A stretch of DNA of 64,000 nucleotides. Origin: an uncultured Chloroflexia bacterium. Lineage in GTDB: Bacteria; Chloroflexota; Limnocylindria; Limnocylindrales; CSP1-4. The translations under genes were made by a program, and so were the position numbers. This document shows positions 56,693 through 64,000 of this stretch, one piece after another. How positions within the stretch are numbered: the stretch's first letter is position 1; every line of letters starts with the position of its first letter. The stretch is taken from the NCBI GenBank assembly GCA_963711405.1, contig CAVQDZ010000001.1, positions 891,865-955,864 on the forward strand, read 5' to 3'. Under the pieces are notes generated by a model that was given only the letters and a program-made list of their open reading frames with translations, made no database searches and had not been told where the DNA came from.

Positions 56693-57484
56693 TTGAGCGT
56701 GGGTCTCGAGCATGTTCTGTGGATCGGCGGTGCGCCCGGCGTTGGCAAGACGACGGTGGCGAGCATCGTGGCGCGACGCCACGGGCTGCGAATGTACTCG
56801 GCCGATACGCGCACATGGGAGCATCGCGATCGGGCGCTGACGGCCGGCATTGGGGCCGCGCAGCGTTGGGAGAACCTGACGCGTGAGGCGCGGCGCGAGC
56901 AGCCGGATGACGAGCTGCTGGCTCAGTCGCTGTACGCAGAGCGCGGCGCCATGGTCGTCAGCGATGTCGCGCGGCTGCCTGATTCGCCGCTGATCGTGGC
57001 TGAGGGATCGGTCATTCGGCCGGCTGACGTTTCCGCCGGTGGAGCGGCGGTCTGGCTGATGTCCGATGTCGAGACGGTCAAGCAGCGCATCGGCGAGCGT
57101 GACGGACAGAGCAATCGCCTGTACGAGCTGCTCGTCGACGTGATTGCCAGGGACGTTGGTGCGGCCCGCGCGCCAACGATCGACGCCACGGATCTGGCCG
57201 CAACCGTCGCAGCGATCGAGGCATTCTTCGCGCCTCAGCTCGCGCGCGGGCCGCTCGCCACGGACGCGAAAGAGCGCCGCGCCCTATTGCGCGAAGCAAA
57301 CCTGGACATCGTGGAGCAGGTCCGCGGCTTCTACGCTCGGCCGTGGGCAGTCGGAGATCCGGAGGCCGTCGTGCGCGACTTCATGTGCGAATGTGGCGCT
57401 ACGACGTGCGTGGCCTTCGTACGGGCCAGTGTCAGTTCTGTGGCCGTGGCCCCACCGATCGCGGCAGGCCATCCAGGCGGCTGA
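56693..57484 (+). CDS. P-loop NTPase / kinase-like protein
   Basis: The Walker A motif VLWIGGAPGVGKTTVA lies right at the N-terminus. The start is uncertain (TTG 56693 or GTG 56699). No further family assignment. Confidence 0.55.
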   Translation: MSVGLEHVLWIGGAPGVGKTTVASIVARRHGLRMYSADTRTWEHRDRALTAGIGAAQRWENLTREARREQPDDELLAQSLYAERGAMVVSDVARLPDSPLIVAEGSVIRPADVSAGGAAVWLMSDVETVKQRIGERDGQSNRLYELLVDVIARDVGAARAPTIDATDLAATVAAIEAFFAPQLARGPLATDAKERRALLREANLDIVEQVRGFYARPWAVGDPEAVVRDFMCECGATTCVAFVRASVSSVAVAPPIAAGHPGG

Positions 57485-57512
57485 CCACCTGTCGGAGCGG
57501 AGGCTCGGAGCC

Positions 57513-58592
57513 CTAACCCTCCGCGACGTTCGCGCTGGGAGTGCTGGCAGCACTCGTCACTGGCAGATGGTCGTAGCCCTTCCAGCGGTAGATGGCGGTC
57601 GAGATGACCCAGCTGCCGAGCAGGATGGCAATGATCCCAACCCCGATCAGCTCAAAGTCCAGGCTGGCGACCCAATCCCAGATGCCGCCGGTCAGGTTGA
57701 ACTTGTCGCCGATGATGCTGAGCACCTCGATGCCGCCGATGACGAAGGCGATCAGGACCGACACGAGCGTGATGTTGAGGTTGTAGTAGAGCTTGCGGAT
57801 GGGCTTGATGAACGCCCAGCCGTAGGCGCCCAGCATCAGCACGCCGTCCGTGGTGTCGACGAGTGACATGCCCGCGGCGAAGAGCACGGGCAGGATCAGG
57901 ATGTACTGGATCGGGACTCCGCTCGCGCCTGACGTGGCGGCGAGGCCCAGCAGTGCCACCTCGCTGGCCGTGTCGAAGCCCAGGCCGAAGAGCACGCCGA
58001 GCGGATACATGTGCCAGCTCTTGCGGATGACCTTGAGCATGGGCTTGAACAGGCGCGCCAGCAGGCCGCGGTTGTTGAGGTAGTCCTCGAGCCCCGCCTC
58101 GTCGTACTCGCCGCCGCCGGCGACCTTGCGGAACATCTTGAAGATGTCGATCAGCACGATCAGGTTGATGAAGCCGATGATCAGCAGGAAAGCTGCCGAC
58201 ACGGCCGTTCCGATCAGGCTGCCGACCTCCTGGAAGGCCGGTACGTTGCTGATGAAGCCGGCCGAGATCGCGATCAGCAGCGTCAGTGCGACGACGATGG
58301 TCGAGTGGCCGAGCGAGAAGAAGAAACCCACGGCGACCGGCCGCTGCCCTTCCGCCATCAGCTTGCGGGTGGTGTTGTCGATCGCGGCGATGTGGTCCGC
58401 GTCGACCGCGTGGCGCAGGCCGAACGTGTACGCCAGGAAGGCGGTCGGCAGCAGGATGGGATACGCGGCGCCGATAGCCAGCGCGACAGCCCAGGCGCCG
58501 ACGTTGAAGATGATCAGGAAGGCGTAGATGCCGATCAGCCGGTGGCGGAGGTTGCTCGAGCTTGCGGCAAGTCGCTGGACCGTTGAAAGCAC
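57513..58592 (-). CDS. Nickel/cobalt transporter, HoxN/NixA (NiCoT) family
   Basis: FGLRHAVDADHIAAIDNTTRKLM and GFFFSLGHSTIV are NiCoT signatures. I prefer GTG 58592 (AGGAGG 10 nt upstream) over the track start 58652, which lies inside the operator-like palindrome. Confidence 0.85.
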   Translation of the reverse strand: MLSTVQRLAASSSNLRHRLIGIYAFLIIFNVGAWAVALAIGAAYPILLPTAFLAYTFGLRHAVDADHIAAIDNTTRKLMAEGQRPVAVGFFFSLGHSTIVVALTLLIAISAGFISNVPAFQEVGSLIGTAVSAAFLLIIGFINLIVLIDIFKMFRKVAGGGEYDEAGLEDYLNNRGLLARLFKPMLKVIRKSWHMYPLGVLFGLGFDTASEVALLGLAATSGASGVPIQYILILPVLFAAGMSLVDTTDGVLMLGAYGWAFIKPIRKLYYNLNITLVSVLIAFVIGGIEVLSIIGDKFNLTGGIWDWVASLDFELIGVGIIAILLGSWVISTAIYRWKGYDHLPVTSAASTPSANVAEG

Positions 58593-58646
58593 GCGCTGAG
58601 GACCTCCTGTTGACCTTCGCCGCAGCCTAGACGACGAGATGGCGTT

Positions 58647-58662
58647 TTGCAACCAGTTGCAA
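58647..58662. promoter_or_regulatory. Candidate Fur-family (Nur-like) operator TTGCAA-N4-TTGCAA
   Basis: ttgcaaccagttgcaa lies in the 130-nt divergent region between the NiCoT gene and the Fur-family gene. Confidence 0.45.
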
Positions 58663-58722
58663 TAGCCGCATAATGCAGAAGCGTTACAAACTACCTTCTA
58701 TACGCACGAGGGACGCCAGCGG

Positions 58723-59190
58723 ATGCACAATCAGGCCATGAACGTCGAGATGACTGATGACATCGCCGATGTTCGTGATGCCCTACGCGCCGCCGGCATG
58801 CGCTGGACGCCGCAGCGCCGCGTCATCCTCGACGTCCTGTTCCAGTCGTCCGGCCACGTCGGCGCTGCTGAGCTGGTCGAGCGGGTCCAGGCGCGTGACC
58901 CCGACGCTCCCCCATCGACCGTCTATCGGACGCTGGACATGCTCGAGCGCCTCGGCTACGTGCGCCACTCGCACGGCCGCGACGGGCGCGAGGAATACCA
59001 CGTGCTGCCAAAGGAGGAGCACGCCCACCTGGTCTGCGACCAGTGCGGTGGGACCTGGGAAGTGGCTCCGTCAGAGTTGCGCGGCCTCATCGGGACGCTC
59101 GCCAAGAGCCGCTCGTTCACGGTCAACCTGTCGCACCTGACCGTCAGCGGCCGCTGCGCCGACTGCGCCGCGCTGCGAACGCCCGACTAA
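58723..59190 (+). CDS. Fur family transcriptional regulator (possibly nickel-responsive, Nur-like)
   Basis: 155 aa. RWTPQRRVILDVLFQSSGHVGAAELV...STVYRTLDMLERLGYV, HAHLVCDQCG and the C-terminal CADC zinc site. Confidence 0.85.
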   Translation: MHNQAMNVEMTDDIADVRDALRAAGMRWTPQRRVILDVLFQSSGHVGAAELVERVQARDPDAPPSTVYRTLDMLERLGYVRHSHGRDGREEYHVLPKEEHAHLVCDQCGGTWEVAPSELRGLIGTLAKSRSFTVNLSHLTVSGRCADCAALRTPD

Positions 59191-59196
59191 ACCCCG

Positions 59197-60441
59197 ATGC
59201 GCGTCGCGACAGTCGTCGGCGTCGCCCTACTTCTCTGCGCGTGCACGTCGACTCCACCGTCGCCGACACCGCAAGCATCGGTCACACGTTCAGCTGCGCC
59301 GGTTGACACCGCTACTGCGGCAACGGCCACGCCTGCCGCACCACCTTCGCCTTCGCCGTCATTCAACCCAACTGCCGTTCCCAGCCCGATAAATCCGGGA
59401 CCTAGCCCCAGCGTGACGTCGAGTCGGCTACCGACGACCCCCGTGGTCGAGATCTTTGCGGGCGGCGGCCAGCAATCGCCAAGCCAGGACCTGAACGTCC
59501 ACGAGATCGCGCTCGCTCGTCCAGCAAGCCTGTTCGTCGGAAAGGTTGGCGACTCCACCTTCGTTGGGCGTGGCGACATCTACATCGTCGATGCCGGCTT
59601 GGGCGAGTTGCTCCAAATCGCGCAGGACGACACGATCGTGAGGCTGACGAGTGGGATGGACGATCCACACGGCATCAGCGGCCTGGATGGCGGCATGGCG
59701 GGCTACGTACCAGCCTTCGCGGACACCGGAAACAACCGGATCGTCGAGCAATCAAGTGATGCCAATCCGGCGATCTTGCTCGGCAAGGAGGCCGGCCTCG
59801 ACTCTCCGCTCGGAGTGGCCGCCGGGTACGACGCGCTGTACGTCGCCGACACGGGCAACCAGCGCATTCTGTTCGCGCCCCACCTGCTCGACTCCGGCAA
59901 TCCCGACATCGCGACCGTGGTCGGGACAGGCACCGATGGCTTCGCCGGCGATGGCGGTCAACCACAAGACGCCGAACTGAGCAATCCGTCCGCGCTCGCC
60001 TACGACCTTGCCGACTATCGGCTTTTGATCGCCGACTCAGGCAATCACCGGGTGCGCTCTGCCTCGCTCGGTGGCGGCACGATCGAGACGATCGCAGGGA
60101 ACGGGGAAACGACGGCTCTGCCCTTCGACCCGACGCTCTCAGCGACGGCGACGCCTCTGTCCGAGATTTCCGCCTTGGCCGTCGATTCGATCGGCAGCGT
60201 CTACTTTCCCGTGCGCTGGAGCGATGTCGGCGAGACAGTGATGCGGCTCGACGCGTACGGGACGTTCACACGCATCGTGGGCGGCGGCGCATCAACGGTC
60301 GCCGGCGTGGCTGCGCTCGACTTCCAGCTACCGGACGTCCTCGCGCTCGAGCTCAATCAGTTCGATGGTTCGCTGCTGATCGGCGCCGCTGACGGAGTGG
60401 TCTACCGCGTGGCCGACGTCGGGCCTTTCACGGGTAATTAG
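59197..60441 (+). CDS. Lipoprotein with NHL repeats (beta-propeller)
   Basis: MRVATVVGVALLLCACTS contains a lipobox. NHL-type repeats FADTGNNRIVEQ, YVADTGNQRILF and LIADSGNHRVRS. Confidence 0.75.
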   Translation: MRVATVVGVALLLCACTSTPPSPTPQASVTRSAAPVDTATAATATPAAPPSPSPSFNPTAVPSPINPGPSPSVTSSRLPTTPVVEIFAGGGQQSPSQDLNVHEIALARPASLFVGKVGDSTFVGRGDIYIVDAGLGELLQIAQDDTIVRLTSGMDDPHGISGLDGGMAGYVPAFADTGNNRIVEQSSDANPAILLGKEAGLDSPLGVAAGYDALYVADTGNQRILFAPHLLDSGNPDIATVVGTGTDGFAGDGGQPQDAELSNPSALAYDLADYRLLIADSGNHRVRSASLGGGTIETIAGNGETTALPFDPTLSATATPLSEISALAVDSIGSVYFPVRWSDVGETVMRLDAYGTFTRIVGGGASTVAGVAALDFQLPDVLALELNQFDGSLLIGAADGVVYRVADVGPFTGN

Positions 60442-60462
60442 GGCGTACGAGACTCGGTCATA

Positions 60463-63001
60463 TCAGACTAAGACGCCATGCTCGGTCAGCACCTCGCGCG
60501 CCTCGACCAGGGCGGCAGTTTCCAGACCCTGGTCGAACGACCGATAGACGTCGGTCAGCGCCTGTAGGAGCGACTCTTCGTCGGCGGCCGGGTCTCTCAC
60601 CTGGACACGCCGCGTCGCCGCGCGCAGCTTTGACGTGAGTGCGCCGATCGTCTGACGAGCGCTGGAAGGCGAGCTCGTACGCAGCCACGCGATCTGGTGT
60701 CGCGGCACCTGAATTCGGGGCACCGTCGCTCAGAAGGTCTCCACGCAGAATGTGCATCTCCCCCTTGAACGGCCCGCCTCCATCACCCTCGGCAATGGCC
60801 CGGTCCAGATGGGGCAGGCCCTCGTGTCCGCGACCCGCCCGACCGAACGCCCAGGCGCGCATGTACAGGAGCATGGGCCAGAAGACCGGCGGCGCCCTCA
60901 GGCCGCCGTACAGGGTCATACCCTCCTCGAGCCGGGCCAGCCCCTCCTCTGGTCTGCCCAGGCCGGCAGTGGCGACACCCAGCATGGTCGTGCCGATGGC
61001 GCGCCAGACTTCGAGACGATCCGCTTCGGCGATCGCCAGCATGTCCTCTGCCCGGACGCGAAGCAGCTCAGGCTCTGCGCGGAAGAAATGCACCAGGCCC
61101 ACGTGGTGATGGGCGTAAGCGAGGCTGGTCGGATGCGCGAGCTGGAGCGCGATCTCCAGTGCCTGGTCGGCCCGCCGGCGGGATTCGTCGATCCTTCCGA
61201 CTACCCACTGGATGATCGCCGAGGTCGTCCTTGCCGTTACTCGCGGGTCGTATCCGGCACGGTAGCTACGCACTCGGTACGGATGCGCCTCCAGGCCGTC
61301 GATGGCCTGTTCGAGCAGGTCAAGGCTTCCGTTCAGATCGGGAATGAAGGTCAGGTTCGCGCCCAGAATGAGTTGCGCCTCGACGCGCATGCTTGGATCG
61401 TTCTCCGACTCAGCGAGGGCAAGAATCCGGCGCCCGATGTCGGCCGCCTTGACGAACTCGGCGCGATACAGGTGGAACGACGCAAGAGCGCGCAGAACGG
61501 GAAATAGCCCGGGCGCCTCTCCGTCGCCGAAGAGTGCGAAGGCGCGGGCGTAGGCCTCCTCGACCGCCGATGTGTAGCCCTCCGTGGCGAGCAGCGCGCG
61601 GGCCATGCTCATGCGCAGGTTGACTTCTGCCCGGACGCGATCGGGGCTGTTTGGTGCGCGCGCCAGCACCGCCAGTCTGTCCGCACCAATCTCGAGCATC
61701 GCTCGATACCAGCCCCTCGCCTCGTACAACATCCAGAGTGGATCGAGCAGCGCGTCAAGTCGCTCCGGATTGCCCTCCTCGACCAGGTAGCGCCACGCGC
61801 CGGCGAGGTTGAGGCGCTCGACGTCGAGCGCTTCGAGAGCGTCCTCGCGCTCCGATCCTCCGAGGCGGGCGGCCAGCGTTACGGCGAGACCGGCGAAGTA
61901 GCTGGCGTGCTTGTCACGCACCTGGTCCGCGAGAGCGTCCTCTTCACGCAACTGCCCGTCCGCGTACTCCCGGATCGTCTCGAGCATGCTGAAGCGCGCG
62001 CCGCCCGCGTCCAGCTCCTGCTGGCGAACGAGGCTCTTGTTCGTGAGTGAAACGAGACCGTCGAACAGGTCCAGGCCGGCCATCTTGCCGTTCAACCCAT
62101 CCACGACGGCCTCGACTGCGTCGAAGTCCGCGCCGTCGAAAACGGCAAGCACAGAGAACAGTCGCCGCTCCGCGGGTTCAAGCAGCTCATAGCTCCACTC
62201 GATTGCGCCGCGCAGCGTGCGTTGGCGCTCAGGCACGTCCCGGGCACCGCCCTTGAGCACGTCGAGCCGACTGGTCAGCCGTTCGAGCAGCTTCTGCGGC
62301 GAGAAGACGGCAATGCGCGCCGTGGCCAGCTCAATGGCCAGTGGCAAGCCGTCCAGGCGGCTGCAGATCTCGGCCACCGCCGCGGCGTTCTCAGATGTGA
62401 GCTGGAAGTCGGGGCGCACAGCCCGTGCTCTCTCCACAAAGAGCTGGACCGATTCGTAGCTCGCGATCCGCTCGACGGACAGAGAGGCGGCGCGCTCCGC
62501 GGGCAAGCCCATTGGCTGGACCTGGAAGACGTGCTCGCCGCGAATGCTGAGCGGCTCGCGGCTGGTGGCCAGGATCCTGACGCGCGGACATTCGACGAGG
62601 ATCTTCGCAATGGCCGGCGCGGCCTCGATCGCCTGCTCGAAGTTGTCCAGGACCAGAAGGCGCTGCTGATCGCGCAGCAGGGTCGAGATCTCGTCGAGCT
62701 GCTCCAGCTCGCTGCGGTCCGCGACGCCAAATGAACGCGCCATGGCCAGCACCACGGCAGCGGTATTGGTAGCGGCCGACAGATCCACGAACGTCGCGCC
62801 ATCGCCAAAGGTGGGCAGCAGATCGGACGCCGCGCGCACGGCCAGGCGCGTCTTGCCGATGCCGCCGGGTCCACTCAACGTGACCAGGCGGGCCGTCGCT
62901 GTGGCGAGGAGCTCTTCGATTTGGGCCAGCTCGGCTGTTCGACCAACGAACTCCGAGAACTCGGTCGGCAGGCCCGCGATCTGCTCACTGGGCGTCATCA
63001 A
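60463..63001 (-). pseudogene. STAND-type AAA ATPase with TPR-like C-terminal repeats (partner of the upstream cyclase), 1 apparent +1 frame break near the 3-prime end (about 60660)
   Basis: Track ORF 60458..63001: FVGRTAELAQIEELL...LVTLSGPGGIGKTRLA (Walker A), LLVLDNFEQ (Walker B) and long helical repeats. The C-terminus continues in track ORF 60463..60723: ARQTIGALTSKLRAATRRVQV...VYRSFDQGLETAALVEAREVL. Confidence 0.8.
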
Positions 63002-63549
63002 GGTGGGGAACTGCTGAACAGGTCGGGGTGAATCACCTGGAAGACACGCTCGGGACGCCCCATGCCCTTCAGCCGGTACTCACCCAGGTCGAGCAGCGAC
63101 CAGGCGGCCGGCAGCTCGCCCTGGACAAGGGCGGCGGTCGTGCTCGACAGCAGGATCTGGCCGCCGTGGCCGGCGGCCATGATTCGTGCTGCTCGGTTGA
63201 CTGTGGGGCCGTGGTAGTCACGACTCGATTCGGACGCTTCGCCCGAGTGGATGCCCATGCGCACCTGCAACGCGCCGGTATCCGGCCAGGTCTCGCGTTT
63301 GAGGTGCAGCTGGGCAGCGACACCTGCGTTCAGCGCTTGCTGCGAGGATTCGAATGCGGCCATGAAACCGTCGCCGGTGGTCTTGACGACCTGTCCGCCG
63401 ACGGACGTGATCGCATCGCTCAGGATCGCGTCGTGTTTGGCAAGGGCGCCACGCATGGCTTCCGGGAAGCGCTCCCACAGCGATGTGCTGCTTTCGACGT
63501 CAGTGAAAAGGAAAGTCAGCGTCCGGGCAGCTGATCCAACCTGGGCCAT
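62998..63549 (-). CDS. Class III adenylate/guanylate cyclase catalytic domain protein
   Basis: [29 protein letters not shown] and [11 protein letters not shown] are class III cyclase motifs. ATG 63549 follows AAGGGGA (the track start is 63594). The stop is linked to the next start as TGATG. Confidence 0.85.
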   Translation of the reverse strand: MAQVGSAARTLTFLFTDVESSTSLWERFPEAMRGALAKHDAILSDAITSVGGQVVKTTGDGFMAAFESSQQALNAGVAAQLHLKRETWPDTGALQVRMGIHSGEASESSRDYHGPTVNRAARIMAAGHGGQILLSSTTAALVQGELPAAWSLLDLGEYRLKGMGRPERVFQVIHPDLFSSSPP

Positions 63550-63638
63550 ATTCCCCTTGCTCTGTCCGCACCAGTCTCGGTAGGCAACCAGCATACGGAG
63601 CGCGCGGACGAACCGGGCAGAACAGCGTCAGCAAGGGA

Positions 63639-63715
<77 letters not shown>

Positions 63716-64000
63716 ACGCGGATGAGTTTATCAGCGGGGCAGGCGGGTCCGACCTTCGGACCCTGGAGACGGAGGGAGAGAGGGGGGTTGGGGACAACCG
63801 GGGCCTGCCTCGACGCCGGCGGCTCTAAAGCACACGCCCCGACGGAGCGAAGCCGGAACCCAATAGCTTCCGTAACTGAAGCGGCACCCCCACGGCTGGG
63901 GTTCACGGCGCTGCTTCTGGGTTCCCACCTGGCTTGTCCGGTTGCCTGGCCCAACCGCTGTTTATGCACGTCAATATGACACGGCCGAACCACGAATCAC

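Noticed and set aside
3847-63001. Programmed +1 ribosomal frameshifting as the explanation for the uniform-polarity frame breaks
   Set aside because: The junctions share no slippery or stop-codon context. Conserved motifs resume in the new frame well before (tens of codons to over 100) the old frame terminates. The breaks hit unrelated genes at roughly random spacing. Insertion errors or decay are far more parsimonious.
63716-64000. Cobalamin riboswitch or SRP RNA next to tRNA-Pro
   Set aside because: Single short look-alike strings only (CCGTAACTGAAGCGG; AGAAGCAGC). The flanking conserved helices and the B12 box or GGAA tetraloop are missing.

Overview
64-kb window of a high-GC bacterial chromosome; hand counts of single 60-nt lines give about 70% G+C in typical genes. 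Gene content is mostly housekeeping and envelope functions of a monoderm/Chloroflexi- or Actinobacteria-like organism. I cannot assign taxonomy from sequence alone.

I support about 65 protein-coding loci and three tRNA genes: Val-GAC, Arg-CCT and Pro-GGG. Recognisable modules:
- Transporters: three MFS transporters, a family-5 ABC substrate-binding protein and a NiCoT Ni/Co permease with a divergent Fur-family regulator.
- Peptidases: an ACE-like M2 peptidase, an MA-clan zinc peptidase, two tandem S51 peptidases and an NlpC/P60 peptidase.
- Copper and thiol module: two-domain cupredoxin, tRNA-Arg, glutaredoxin-like protein, CcdA, TlpA.
- Nucleotide metabolism: nrdR-dcd.
- Long minus-strand run: ferredoxin, etfAB, acyl-CoA dehydrogenase, a membrane EtfD-like Fe-S oxidoreductase and moeA-moaC-mogA.
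- Signalling: a class III cyclase followed by an ATPase-TPR (STAND-like) protein.
- Many secreted beta-propeller or lipoprotein genes.

Signals worth a second look:
1. About 30 frame breaks of identical polarity (one extra base each) in about 19 conserved genes. I think these are most likely assembly insertion errors, but real gene decay is possible.
2. A 2.2-kb AT-richer islet bounded by a perfect 41-bp direct repeat of the 5-prime half of tRNA-Val. It has no integrase.
3. A 49-nt terminator-like repeat bracketing the adjacent 4.1-kb MFS + M2 peptidase segment.
4. A partial gene, absent from the ORF track, that encodes 11 tandem 18-aa units with two Cys each.
5. Candidate NrdR boxes, a Nur-like box and a palindrome carrying back-to-back -10 hexamers.

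I found no CRISPR array, transposase, integrase or recognisable defence system. I cannot point to a clearly novel multi-gene system.
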